Numbered from the stretch's first letter, positions 35,741-47,483 are shown. The stretch: 64,000 nt of DNA from Deltaproteobacteria bacterium (GCA_028817435.1 JAPPPQ010000016.1:15073-79072), one strand, 5' to 3'. Notes: generated by a model not told the origin, from the sequence alone. Made by a program: numbers and translations.

Positions 35741-36733
35741 ATGCTCACCCCGGAACAGAAGCAGGACCTCGAGACGCAGATCCGCGCCTTTGTGGGCCGT
35801 CCCACCGGCCCGCCCAGCGTGGGGCGCGACCTGGTGAACGAGCCGATGATCCGCCAGTGGTGCGATGCCATCGGCGATGCGAATCCCGTGTATCTGGACC
35901 CGGAAGCCGCGGCCCGGAGCGTGCACGGCGGCATTGTGGCGCCGCCCATGATGCTGCAGGCGTGGATTCTGGAAGGCTGGTCCATGCACCGCGGCCACGG
36001 CGAGCCGCGCGACGAGCAGCAGCGGTTGCACAAGATTCTCACCGATGCGGGTTACACCGGCGTGCTCGGCACCGATACCGAGCAGACTTTCACGCGCTAC
36101 CTGCGCCCCGGCGACCAGGTGAGCGCAGAGACCGTAATCGCCGATATTTCGGAGGAGAAGGCCACCGGCGTCGGTGTCGGCTACTTCATCACCACCCGCA
36201 CTACTTTTTGCGATGCAAAGGGCATTGAGCTGGGCACAATGAACTTCCGCGTGCTGAAGTTCATTCCCAAGGAAGCGCCGCAGAGCGCCGCTGCCAACGC
36301 AGATGCCGCAGATGCGCAGCCGCAAAAGCCCACGCGCATCAAGCCGCCGCTTTCGCACGACAACGCCTGGTGGTGGCGGGCCGTCGCAGAGGGCACGCTG
36401 CTGCCGCTGCAGCGCTGCGCGCAGTGCCAAAAGCTGCGCCACCCGCCGCGCCCCATGTGCGATGACTGCGGCGCAACGCAGTGGGATCACATTGCGGCCA
36501 GCGGGCGCGGCGCGCTGCACAGCTACACGGTGATTCACCACCCGCGCTTCCCCGGCTACGAGTTTCCCATTCTGGCCGCGCTGGTGGATCTGCCGGAGGG
36601 CTGCCGCATCGTCTCCAATGTGGTGGACTGCGAGCCCGGCGCGCTGCGCATTGGCATGGCGCTTCAGGCTTTCATTCACGAGGACGAGGACGGCTTCAAG
36701 CTGCCGCTCTTTCGCCCGGCGGAGCCGGCCTGA
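35741..36733 (+). CDS. Fusion of an N-terminal MaoC-type (hot-dog) hydratase domain and a C-terminal DUF35 Zn-ribbon/OB-fold domain (ChsH2-like architecture)
   Basis: ATG 35741. MIRQWCDAIGDANPVYLDPEAA...IVAPPMM (MaoC_dehydrat_N-like). Then CAQCQKLRHPPRPMCDDCG...GALHSYTVIH (DUF35). Confidence 0.8.
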   Translation: MLTPEQKQDLETQIRAFVGRPTGPPSVGRDLVNEPMIRQWCDAIGDANPVYLDPEAAARSVHGGIVAPPMMLQAWILEGWSMHRGHGEPRDEQQRLHKILTDAGYTGVLGTDTEQTFTRYLRPGDQVSAETVIADISEEKATGVGVGYFITTRTTFCDAKGIELGTMNFRVLKFIPKEAPQSAAANADAADAQPQKPTRIKPPLSHDNAWWWRAVAEGTLLPLQRCAQCQKLRHPPRPMCDDCGATQWDHIAASGRGALHSYTVIHHPRFPGYEFPILAALVDLPEGCRIVSNVVDCEPGALRIGMALQAFIHEDEDGFKLPLFRPAEPA

Positions 36734-36734
36734 A

Positions 36735-37886
36735 ATGGACTTCGGTTTCAGCGGCGAGCAACAGGCGATCCGCAGTTTGGCCCGGGAGATTTTGCAGGCC
36801 GAGGCCACCCCCGAGCGCGTGAAGCAGGCAGAGACCGGCGCGTTTGTGGACCGCGCGCTGTGGAAGCAGTGCGCCGAAGCGAACCTGCTCGGCATTGCCA
36901 TTGCGGAAGAGCACGGCGGAATGGGCATGGGCCTGCTCGAACTCTGCGTGTTCTTCGAAGAGCTGGGCCGCGCGGTGGCGCCGGGGCCGTGGTTTCCCAC
37001 CCTGGTGTTGGGCGCGCTGCCCATCGCTGCTTTCGGCACTGCGGAACAGCAGCGCGATTGGCTGCCTCGGGTGGCGGCGGGCGAGGCGCTGCTCAGCGGT
37101 GCCCTTGACGACGCGGGTTCGCGCGAGAGCCAGTCGCCCGCCACCCGCGCGCGCAAAGAGTCCGCGGCCGCGGGCGATTGGTCGCTGCACGGGGCAAAGC
37201 GCGCGCTGCCCTGCGCCGAAGATGCCGCGGCGCTGCTGATTCCCGCCGCGCCGGAAGGCGAGGCCCGCGCCGCTCTCTTTTTGGTAGCTGCGGGCGGCGC
37301 GGGAATTTCGCTGCTGCCGCAGCGCATCTCCACCGGCGAGCCGCGCTGCGATTTGCGCCTGGACGCTGCGCCGGCCCAGCGCTTGGGCGCTGCGGGCGTT
37401 TCGGGCACTGCGGGCGAAGGCGGGCCGCTCGCTTGGCTGGAAGCGCACGCGCTCGCCGCGCTCTGCGCCATGCAGGTGGGCGTTTCGGAAAGCGCCATGC
37501 GCATCGCCGCCAAATACACCAGCGAGCGCGAGCAGTTCGGCGTTCCCATCGGCAGCTTCCAGGCGGTGCAGCAGCGTCTGGCCGATTGCTATGTGGATTT
37601 GGAGGCGATGCGCTGGACCATGTGGCGCGCGGCGGCGCGGCTTGCGGCAGGCAGGCCGGCGCTGCGCGAAGCCCGCATTGCCAAGTGGTGGGCGGCGGAG
37701 GCCGGCGCGCGCATTGCCGGCGCCGCTTTGCATTTGCACGGCGGCATTGGCGCCGATGTGGATTACCCCATTCACCGCCACTTTCTGTGGTCCAAATCGC
37801 TGGAGCTGCAGCTCGGCGGCGCAGGCGAGAGCGAAGCGGCGCTGGGCCGCCAACTGGCGCAGCTCGAGCCGGCGGAGGAACTGTGA
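36735..37886 (+). CDS. Acyl-CoA dehydrogenase family protein (second subunit candidate)
   Basis: ATG 36735, 1 nt after the previous stop. MDFGFSGEQQAIRSLAREIL, EREQFGVPIGSFQAVQ. Confidence 0.8.
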   Translation: MDFGFSGEQQAIRSLAREILQAEATPERVKQAETGAFVDRALWKQCAEANLLGIAIAEEHGGMGMGLLELCVFFEELGRAVAPGPWFPTLVLGALPIAAFGTAEQQRDWLPRVAAGEALLSGALDDAGSRESQSPATRARKESAAAGDWSLHGAKRALPCAEDAAALLIPAAPEGEARAALFLVAAGGAGISLLPQRISTGEPRCDLRLDAAPAQRLGAAGVSGTAGEGGPLAWLEAHALAALCAMQVGVSESAMRIAAKYTSEREQFGVPIGSFQAVQQRLADCYVDLEAMRWTMWRAAARLAAGRPALREARIAKWWAAEAGARIAGAALHLHGGIGADVDYPIHRHFLWSKSLELQLGGAGESEAALGRQLAQLEPAEEL

Positions 37887-38293
37887 AGCAGACATTGCGC
37901 TTCTCGGAGTCGCTGGCGGGGCAGGCGCTGCCCAATCTGGATGTGCCCATTACGGCGAGCATTGTGGTGGGCGGCGCGCTGGCCTCGCGCGATTTCACGC
38001 CGGTGCATCACGACCGCGCGGCCGCGCAGGCCCAGGGTATGCCGGACATCTTCATGAACATTCTCACCACCAACGGATTCGTGGGCCGCTACATCTCCGA
38101 TTGGGCCGGGCCGGATGCGGTAATCGAAGGCGTTTCGCTGCGGCTCGGCGGGCCGAATATGCCCGGCGACACCCTGGAGCTGCGCGGAAAGGTGCTTTCG
38201 GCCAAGGCCGGTGTGGTGGAGGTGGAAGTGCGCGGCGACAATGCCTGGGGCAACCATGTGACGGCGCGGGTGCGCGTCGCGCTGCCGGACTGA
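37883..38293 (+). CDS. MaoC-like hot-dog hydratase subunit (ChsH1-like)
   Basis: GTG 37883 (GTGA overlap). DFTPVHHDRAAAQAQGMPDIFMNILTTNGF. Confidence 0.7.
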   Translation: MKQTLRFSESLAGQALPNLDVPITASIVVGGALASRDFTPVHHDRAAAQAQGMPDIFMNILTTNGFVGRYISDWAGPDAVIEGVSLRLGGPNMPGDTLELRGKVLSAKAGVVEVEVRGDNAWGNHVTARVRVALPD

Positions 38294-38306
38294 AGCGGGG
38301 AGCGAG

Positions 38307-40683
<2,377 letters not shown>

Positions 40684-40700
40684 GCGGCGAAGGGGGAAAA

Positions 40701-41621
40701 ATGGGAATCCTCGACGGCAAGGTCGCCATCGTCACCGGCGCAGGGCTGGGGCTCGGCCGGGTGGAGGCGCTGGAGCTCGCGCGCCACGGCGCGCGCGTGG
40801 TGGTGAACGATCTGGGCGTGAACCTGAAAGGGGAGGGCGGCAGCGAAGAGCCCGCCCGCGCAGTGGTGGCGGAGATCGAAGCGGCCGGCGGCGAAGCCAG
40901 GGCGGCCTTTGGCGATGTGGCCGATTGGCAGGACGCCCGTCGCATTGTGCGCAGCGCCGTCTCCGAGTTCGGCGGCCTCGACATTGTGGTGAACAACGCC
41001 GGCATTCAGCGCGACGGCATGATCGTGACCATGGACGAGGCGCAATTCGACTCGGTGATGCGCGTCCATACCAAAGGCCACTTCACCATGATCAAGCACA
41101 CCATGGATTACTGGCGCGAGCGCTCGAAAACGCCGGAGGGCCTGCCCCCCGGCGGGCGGCTGATCAGCACGGCCTCGGATTCCTTCATGATGGGCAACAT
41201 TGGCCAGCCGAATTACGCGGCGGCCAAGGCGGCCATTGCGCACCTGACGCTCTCGGCGGCGCGCGAGTGCCTGCGCTTTGGCGCAACGGCCAATGTGATT
41301 TTGCCCCGCGCCCGCACGCGCATGACGCAATCGGGTCCCTGGGCGGGCATGTTCGAGAAGCCCGCCGAGGGCTTCGACACCTTTGCGCCGGAGCACATCG
41401 GGCCGCTGGTGGCTTGGCTCGCCTCGCCGCACGCCGCGCAGGTTTCCGGCCAGCTCATCCAGATCTGGGGGCGGCACATTCGCGTCTATGGGCCGCCGCA
41501 GCCGCTCCTCGATCACGAGAACGAGCAGCCCTGGACGCTGGACGAGCTGCAGACCGTGCTCGGCCCCTTCTTTGCCGGCCGCAAGCCCGTCGAGGACGGC
41601 TTCGCCCTGCCGATGATGTAA
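40701..41621 (+). CDS. SDR-family dehydrogenase (hydroxyacyl-CoA dehydrogenase, Hsd4A/MFE-2 N-terminal-like)
   Basis: ATG 40701. GKVAIVTGAGLGLG, VVNNAGI, NYAAAKAA. Confidence 0.85.
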   Translation: MGILDGKVAIVTGAGLGLGRVEALELARHGARVVVNDLGVNLKGEGGSEEPARAVVAEIEAAGGEARAAFGDVADWQDARRIVRSAVSEFGGLDIVVNNAGIQRDGMIVTMDEAQFDSVMRVHTKGHFTMIKHTMDYWRERSKTPEGLPPGGRLISTASDSFMMGNIGQPNYAAAKAAIAHLTLSAARECLRFGATANVILPRARTRMTQSGPWAGMFEKPAEGFDTFAPEHIGPLVAWLASPHAAQVSGQLIQIWGRHIRVYGPPQPLLDHENEQPWTLDELQTVLGPFFAGRKPVEDGFALPMM

Positions 41622-41622
41622 G

Positions 41623-42093
41623 ATGGCGCCGGTGAGCGACAGCGAATCCTCCCTGGTGACGACGCAGCGGCTTGCCTACACCTACAAGCGCTCGCTGGGT
41701 CCCGTGCTCTCGCAATTCTTCACCGCGTTGCGCGAGCGCAGGATTTTGGGCGTGCGCCGGCCGGATGGCTCGGTGATGGTGCCGCCCCGGGAGTATGACC
41801 CCGATAGCGGTGAGGCGATCTCGGAGATGGTCGAGGTGTCGGATTCCGGCGTGGTGAAGAGCTGGGCCTGGGTGCACGCGCCGCGCCCCGCGCAGCCGCT
41901 GCCGCACCCCTTCGCCTATGCGCTGATTCAACTGGACGGCGCAGATACGCCGCTGCTGCATGTGGTGGACGCCGGCGCGGAAGAGCAAATGCAAACGGGA
42001 ATGCGCGTGCGCGCGCGCTGGGCGGAGCCGCGTGGCGGCGGCATCGGCGACATTGCGGCCTTTGAGCCGGCAACCGGAGCAACCGGAGAGTAA
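41623..42093 (+). CDS. DUF35-type OB-fold protein (Zn-ribbon cysteines absent)
   Basis: 156 aa. Layout matches DUF35 (LSQFFTALRERRILGVR..., OB segment ALIQLDGADTPLLHVV ... MRVRARW), but no CxxC motif is present. Confidence 0.65.
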   Translation: MAPVSDSESSLVTTQRLAYTYKRSLGPVLSQFFTALRERRILGVRRPDGSVMVPPREYDPDSGEAISEMVEVSDSGVVKSWAWVHAPRPAQPLPHPFAYALIQLDGADTPLLHVVDAGAEEQMQTGMRVRARWAEPRGGGIGDIAAFEPATGATGE

Positions 42094-42095
42094 GA

Positions 42096-42599
42096 ATGAG
42101 CGAAGACGCTTCCGAAGCCGTCGAGCTGCTGCGCATTCCCGTTGAGCTGGACTACACCTACTCGGCGGGGCAGTCGGCCTCGCGCTTTTTGCGCGCCATT
42201 GCCGAGGGCCGATTGCTGGGGCAGCGCTGCCCGGTGGATGGCAAGGTGTATTTCCCCACCCGGGGTTCCTGCCCGCAGCACGGCGTGCCCACCGCCGGCG
42301 ATCCGGTGGAGCTTCCCGACCGGGGCTGCATCGTCACCTACTCCATTGTGCGCGTGCCCTCGGAGAACATTCCCCTGGAGCTTCCCTACATTGCCGTGCA
42401 GGTGCTGCTCGACGGCGCAGACACCGTGCTGATGCATGTGCTCGGCGAATCCTCGCTGGAAGATGTGCATATGGGCATGCGCGTGCAGGCGGTGTGGCGC
42501 CCGCGCGGGGAGTGGACCACCTCCATCGGCAACATTCTCTACTTCAAGCCGACCGGCGAGCCCGACGCGCCCTACGATTCCTACCGGGAGCACATTTGA
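42096..42599 (+). CDS. DUF35-type OB-fold protein
   Basis: 167 aa. SRFLRAIAEGRLLGQRCPVDGKVYFPTRGSCPQHG, IAVQVLLDGADTVLMHVL, GMRVQAVW. Confidence 0.7.
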   Translation: MSEDASEAVELLRIPVELDYTYSAGQSASRFLRAIAEGRLLGQRCPVDGKVYFPTRGSCPQHGVPTAGDPVELPDRGCIVTYSIVRVPSENIPLELPYIAVQVLLDGADTVLMHVLGESSLEDVHMGMRVQAVWRPRGEWTTSIGNILYFKPTGEPDAPYDSYREHI

Positions 42600-43654
42600 T
42601 GCGCGAGGCCGCCATCGTCGCCTTTGCGCAGTCCGCCTCGCTGCGGCGCGAAATGGACCGCAACGAGGTGGAGATTTTGATCCCGGTGATCCACGAGCTT
42701 CGCACCAGCGCCGGCCTTGGCAACGAGGACATTGACTTCGTCTGCTCGGGGTCCAGCGATTACCTGGCCGGGCAGAGCTTCGCCTTTGTGGCGGGCCTGG
42801 ATGCCGTGGGCGCATGGCCGCCGGTCTGCGAGAGCCATGTGGAGATGGACGGCGCATTCGCCCTCTACGAAGCCTGGGTGAAGATTCAGACGGGCAGCGC
42901 AGACCTCGCCTTGGTTTATGGCTTCGGCAAGCCCTCCATGGGCGACCTGCCCATCACCATGGCGCTGCAACTCGATCCCTACACGCAGACTCCGCTCTGG
43001 CCCGATGCCGTTTCCATGGCCGCCCTGCAGGCGCGGATGTGCATGGAGGGCGGCGTGTGCAGCGAAGCAGAAATGGCCGCCCGCGCCGTGCGCGACCGCC
43101 GCAACGCCAAGCAAAACCCCAAAGCGCAGCTCAAGGGCGATTTTGAGGTAGAGGCGCTGTTGGCAGAGCCGCATTTGGTCTCCCCCCTGCGCCGCCACGA
43201 TTGCGCGCCCATTTCCGACGGCGCTGCGGCGCTGATCATCGCCAGTGCAGAGCGCGCCCGGCAGATTTGCCAGCGCCCGGCCTGGATTCGCGGCTTCGAG
43301 CACATTTGCGAGCCGCAGGATCTCGGCGTGCGCGACCTGTTGCGCTCGCGCAGCACCGAACTCGCAGCGCAGCACGCCGGCGCAAACCGCGGCAAAATTG
43401 ATGTGGCCGAACTCGCAGCGCCCTTCACCCACCAGGAAATTCTGGTGGAGCGCGCGCTCGGCCTGGGCGATGAAGTTTCGGTGAACCCGTCGGGGGGCGC
43501 GCTGGCCGGCAATCCGCTCATGGCCGTTGGCCTCGCGCGCATCGGCGAAGCCGCCGCGCGCATCAGCAGCGGCGAGGCAGATCGCGCGGTGGCCCACGCC
43601 ACCTCCGGCCCCTGCTTGCAGCAGAACCTGATCTGCGTTCTGGAGGGTGACTGA
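42599..43654 (+). CDS. Thiolase-fold protein without nucleophilic Cys (probable non-catalytic or aldolase-type subunit)
   Basis: ATG 42599 (TGATG overlap). C-terminal NPSGGALAGNPLMAVG. MDGAFA at the position of the thiolase Cys motif. Confidence 0.65.
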   Translation: MREAAIVAFAQSASLRREMDRNEVEILIPVIHELRTSAGLGNEDIDFVCSGSSDYLAGQSFAFVAGLDAVGAWPPVCESHVEMDGAFALYEAWVKIQTGSADLALVYGFGKPSMGDLPITMALQLDPYTQTPLWPDAVSMAALQARMCMEGGVCSEAEMAARAVRDRRNAKQNPKAQLKGDFEVEALLAEPHLVSPLRRHDCAPISDGAAALIIASAERARQICQRPAWIRGFEHICEPQDLGVRDLLRSRSTELAAQHAGANRGKIDVAELAAPFTHQEILVERALGLGDEVSVNPSGGALAGNPLMAVGLARIGEAAARISSGEADRAVAHATSGPCLQQNLICVLEGD

Positions 43655-44812
43655 ATGGCGCAACGCGCTGCGGTAATCGGCGTCGGCCAGACTCACTACC
43701 AGGCCCGGCGCCGCGATGTCTCCATGGCGGGCCTGGTGCGCGAGGCGGCGCAGCGCGCGCTGGAAGACGCGCAATGCACCTGGAAAGAGGTGGACGCCGT
43801 GGTGATCGGCAAGGCCCCGGATATGTTCGAGGGCGTGATGATGCCCGAGCTCGGGCTGGCCGATGCGCTGGGCGGCGCTTACAAGCCCATGCTGCGGGTG
43901 CACACGGCGGGAAGCGTGGGCGGCTCCACCGGCGTTGTCGCCGCCAGCCTGGTGCAGGGCGGCATTCACGAGCGCGTGCTGTGCGTGGCCTACGAAAAGC
44001 AGAGCGAATCCAACGCCACCTGGGCGCTCTCCATCTCCATGCCCTTCAGCGTGGCCACTATCGCCGGCGCCGGCGGCTATTTTGCGCCACTGGTGCGCGG
44101 CTACATCCGCCGCTCCGGCGCGCCCGAAGATACCGGCGTTCGCGTCGCGGTGAAAGACCGGCGCAACGCGCTGCGCAATCCCTACGCGCATTTGCGGGTC
44201 GAAGACATCAGCTTCGAGATGGTGGCGAACTCGCCGATGCTCTGGGATCCCATCCGCTATCTCGAAACCTGCCCGTCTTCGGATGGCGCATGCGCGCTGG
44301 TGCTGGCCTCCGAATCCATCGCCGAGCGCGCAGAGAAGACCCCGGCCTGGATTCACGCCACCGAAATGCGCAGCGAGCCCACGCAGTTTGCCGGGCGCGA
44401 CCAGGTGATGCCCCGCGCCACCCTCGACAACGCCGCCTCGCTCTACAAAAAGGCCGGCATTCAGAACCCGCGCCGGGAGCTCGACTGCGCCGAGATCTAT
44501 GTGCCCTTTTCGTGGTTCGAGCCCATGTGGCTGGAGGGCATGCGCATTGCCGAGCCCAACCAGGGCTGGCAGATGACCTGCGAGGGCGCCACCGCCATGG
44601 ACGGCGATTTCCCCGTCAATATGTCGGGAGGCGTGCTCTCTTCCAATCCCATCGGCGCTTCCGGCCTGATTCGCTTTGCCGAAAGCGCGCTGCAGGTGCG
44701 CGGCCTGGCGGGAGAGCGGCAGGTGGATGGCGCGCGCCTCGCACTGGGCCACGCCTACGGCGGCGGCTCGCAGTATTTCTCCACCTGGATTGTCGGGTCG
44801 CAAAAGCCGTGA
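43655..44812 (+). CDS. Thiolase-fold lipid-transfer-protein family enzyme
   Basis: 385 aa; starts on the nucleotide after the previous stop. AVIGVGQTHY, TAGSVGG, NMSGGVLSSNPIGASG. Confidence 0.75.
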   Translation: MAQRAAVIGVGQTHYQARRRDVSMAGLVREAAQRALEDAQCTWKEVDAVVIGKAPDMFEGVMMPELGLADALGGAYKPMLRVHTAGSVGGSTGVVAASLVQGGIHERVLCVAYEKQSESNATWALSISMPFSVATIAGAGGYFAPLVRGYIRRSGAPEDTGVRVAVKDRRNALRNPYAHLRVEDISFEMVANSPMLWDPIRYLETCPSSDGACALVLASESIAERAEKTPAWIHATEMRSEPTQFAGRDQVMPRATLDNAASLYKKAGIQNPRRELDCAEIYVPFSWFEPMWLEGMRIAEPNQGWQMTCEGATAMDGDFPVNMSGGVLSSNPIGASGLIRFAESALQVRGLAGERQVDGARLALGHAYGGGSQYFSTWIVGSQKP

Positions 44813-45453
44813 GCGCGGGCGAGCTCGGCTTCTGGAATCTCGCCGCCGCCGCCATCGCCTCGCCGGCCGAATGGCGCGAGCGGCCCGGCACCGTGGGCAA
44901 AGCGTGGCCCGGCGCAGAGATCAAAATCTTCAGCGACGCCGGCGAAGAGCTTCCCCCCGGCCAGCCCGGCACGGTCTATATGCTGCGCGGCCAGGCCGAT
45001 TTCGAATATCACGGCGACCCGCAGAAAACCCGGGAGGCGCGGCGCGGCAACTACTTCACCGTTGGCGATATTGGCACGCTGGACGAGCAGGGCTACCTGT
45101 TTTTGCACGACCGCAAGAGCGATATGATCATCTCCGGCGGCGTCAACATTTACCCCGCCGAAATTGAGAGCGCGCTGATTGTGCACCCCCAGATCGCCGA
45201 TGTCGCCGTCTTCGGCATTCCCAACGACGATTGGGGCGAGGAAGTGAAGGCGGTAATTGAGCCCGCCCCCGGCGCTGCGCCCGGCGAGGCGCTCAGCGCG
45301 GAGATTCTCGCCTGGTGCGAGGGCCGCCTGGCCCGCTACAAGATTCCCCGCAGCATTGACTACATTTCCGAAATGCCCCGCGACCCGAACGGCAAGCTCT
45401 ACAAGCGCAAGCTCCGCGATCCCTACTGGCGGCGCCGCGGCCGCGCCATCTGA
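44809..45453 (+). CDS. C-terminal half only of an AMP-dependent acyl-CoA ligase (truncated gene or remnant)
   Basis: GTG 44809 (GTGA overlap), 214 aa. PGTVGKAWPG, YFTVGDIG, DRKSDMIISGGVNIYPAEIE, RYKIPRSI. The P-loop (T/S)SG(T/S)TGxPKG and YGxTE motifs are absent, and there is no room for them upstream. Confidence 0.6.
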   Translation: MSAGELGFWNLAAAAIASPAEWRERPGTVGKAWPGAEIKIFSDAGEELPPGQPGTVYMLRGQADFEYHGDPQKTREARRGNYFTVGDIGTLDEQGYLFLHDRKSDMIISGGVNIYPAEIESALIVHPQIADVAVFGIPNDDWGEEVKAVIEPAPGAAPGEALSAEILAWCEGRLARYKIPRSIDYISEMPRDPNGKLYKRKLRDPYWRRRGRAI

Positions 45454-45489
45454 GAAATCTGCCCGGCGGCGGCTATCCGGCTATTTTGG

Positions 45490-46104
45490 CTATTCGGCAG
45501 CCGGAGGATTGCCGCCGGGCGCACGCTCCTGGATTTCGCCGACGCTGTGGATGATGCGGCCGACGATGCCATAGTCGCGGGCCTCCTCGGGAGTCATCCA
45601 GTGATTGCGGTCGGTGTCCTGCGCCACCTTTTCGAGGGGCTGGCCGGTGGCTTCTGCGATGCTGCGGTTCAGGCGCTCGCGGGCCTTCAGAATCTCCTCG
45701 GCCTCAATGCGGATATCGCTGGCGCTGCCGCCCACGCCGCCGAGGGGCTGGTGAATCATGAAGCGGGTGTTGGGCAGGCAGAAGCGATCCTCTTTGGGCG
45801 CGGCCAGGTAGATGTGCGTGCCGGCGCTGGCCACCCAGCCCGTTCCCACCATGCGCACGCGCGGCGCGATGAAGCGGATCATGTCGTGGATCGCGTCGCC
45901 CGATTCCACATGGCCGCCCTCGGAGTGCAGAAAGACCGTGATGTCGTCCTTGCCGTCTGCCGAGAGCGCCAAGAGCTGCGCCACCACCAATTGTGCGGTG
46001 CGCGGCGTGATCTCGCCATAGATCAGCACCGTCCGGGATTCGAAGAGGCGCTCGGCGATTTTGGGAAACTGCGGGGCGCCGGACTCGGGTTGGCTCTGTT
46101 CCAT
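45490..46104 (-). CDS. clpP: ClpP-family serine protease subunit
   Basis: ATG 46104. GWVASAGTHI (Ser), FMIHQPLGG (His), DTDRNHWMTPEEA (Asp). Confidence 0.8.
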   Translation of the reverse strand: MEQSQPESGAPQFPKIAERLFESRTVLIYGEITPRTAQLVVAQLLALSADGKDDITVFLHSEGGHVESGDAIHDMIRFIAPRVRMVGTGWVASAGTHIYLAAPKEDRFCLPNTRFMIHQPLGGVGGSASDIRIEAEEILKARERLNRSIAEATGQPLEKVAQDTDRNHWMTPEEARDYGIVGRIIHSVGEIQERAPGGNPPAAE

Positions 46105-46202
46105 GCGGCGGAGCATAACCGCTCGCGCTGCGCCGCGCGACGCCCCGCGCGGCATTCCGGGCTATTTTCCGGGGGCGGCGCGGCGCGCCGTGCGGAGGGG
46201 GT

Positions 46203-47453
46203 ATGCGGGTCGGCGAAGTCAGCCATCCCGAGCGCGGGCGGTGGGGCAAGCCCCTGGCGGGGGTGCGCATTTTGTCTGTGGAGCAGATGCAGGCGCTGCC
46301 CTTCGCCAGCCAATTGCTGGTGCATCTCGGCGCAGAGGTGCTGAAGGTGGAGCCGCCGGGCCGGGGCGATGCGGGCCGCGCCTCGAACCCCGCGCTCAGC
46401 GACGAGCAGGGGCGGCGCGTTGGCGCGACCTTTCTGCGCCACAATCTCGGCAAGCGCAGCATTGCCCTGGATTTGAAGAGCGAGGCGGGGCGCGCGCTGT
46501 TTCTGCGCCTGGCGGCGCGCTGCGATGTGGTGGCCGAGAACTTTCGCGCTGGGGCCATGCAGCAATTGGGACTCGGCTACGAGGCGCTGGCCGCCGCGCA
46601 TCCGCAGATCATCTATCTCTCGCTCTCGGGTTTCGGCAACCTGGCCGATTCGCCCTACGCCAACTGGCCCGCCTACGCGCCCATTGCCGAGGCCATGGGC
46701 GGCCTTTACGAACCCACGCGCCGCCCCGGCACGCCGCCCCGGGTGGTGGTGGCGGGCGCGCTGGGCGACAACGCCACCGCGCTGTTCGGCGTCATCGGCC
46801 TGCTTGCCGCGCTGCGGCAGCGCGAGCTCACCGGCCTTGGGCAGCAGGTGGATGTGGCGATGTTCGATTCGATGATCGCCATGGCCGATATGGTGCCTTT
46901 TTTGTGGTCCATGGGCGCGCCCGCGCACATGGCGGGGCCGGGCACCACCGCCCTGGTGGCCGCCTTTGCGGCGCGAGATGGCTACTTTGTGGTGGCCGTG
47001 TTGCGCGAGCATATGTTTCAGCGGCTCTGCGAAAAGATCGGGCGCAGGGAATGGCTTGACGATGCGCGCTTTGCCGACCGCAGGGGTTGGGCGCTTCATA
47101 CCGAAGATGTGATTCGCCCGGCGCTGGAAGCCTGGGCGGCGGACAAGACCAAGCTCGAGGCCGCCGCCGAACTGTGCGCCGCCGGTGTGGCGGCGGGGCC
47201 TTCCAACCTGGCGGAAGATCTCGCCGCCGATCCCCATGTGCAGGCGCGCGATATGTTGATCGAGGTGCCGCGCCCGGATTCCGGGCGGCCTTATCTCACC
47301 GTCGGCAATCCGGTGAAGATGTCGCGGCTGCAAGAAGGCCCGGTGGGAACTTTCCCGCGCCTGGGAGAGCACACCGGCGCGGTGTTGCGCGAAGTGCTGG
47401 GCATGGCCGATGCGGAAATTGAGGCGCTGCGCGAGCAGGGCGTCATCGCCTAA
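46203..47453 (+). CDS. Family III (CaiB/BaiF) CoA-transferase
   Basis: 416 aa. LAGVRILSVEQMQALPFASQLLVHLGAEVLKVEPP, and an NPVKMS-type C-terminus. Confidence 0.85.
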   Translation: MRVGEVSHPERGRWGKPLAGVRILSVEQMQALPFASQLLVHLGAEVLKVEPPGRGDAGRASNPALSDEQGRRVGATFLRHNLGKRSIALDLKSEAGRALFLRLAARCDVVAENFRAGAMQQLGLGYEALAAAHPQIIYLSLSGFGNLADSPYANWPAYAPIAEAMGGLYEPTRRPGTPPRVVVAGALGDNATALFGVIGLLAALRQRELTGLGQQVDVAMFDSMIAMADMVPFLWSMGAPAHMAGPGTTALVAAFAARDGYFVVAVLREHMFQRLCEKIGRREWLDDARFADRRGWALHTEDVIRPALEAWAADKTKLEAAAELCAAGVAAGPSNLAEDLAADPHVQARDMLIEVPRPDSGRPYLTVGNPVKMSRLQEGPVGTFPRLGEHTGAVLREVLGMADAEIEALREQGVIA

Positions 47454-47483
47454 ACTGCTGCAGCGCCGGCACTGGCGCGCGAG

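Noticed and set aside
35735-37549. 604-aa minus-strand ORF antisense to the MaoC-DUF35 and ACAD genes, and similar long antisense ORFs (42581-44803, 47998-50577, 61435-63708, 54176-56026, 39346-40593)
   Set aside because: All are low-complexity Arg/Ala/Gly/Pro-rich translations without motifs. Each overlaps plus- or minus-strand genes with strong family signatures, so they are codon-bias artefacts of about 68 % GC DNA.
45490-46104. Isolated clpP paralogue as a possible prophage or defence-linked protease
   Set aside because: It has native GC, intact Ser-His-Asp contexts and no phage, ClpX or toxin genes nearby. This is most simply a housekeeping-type or accessory ClpP paralogue.
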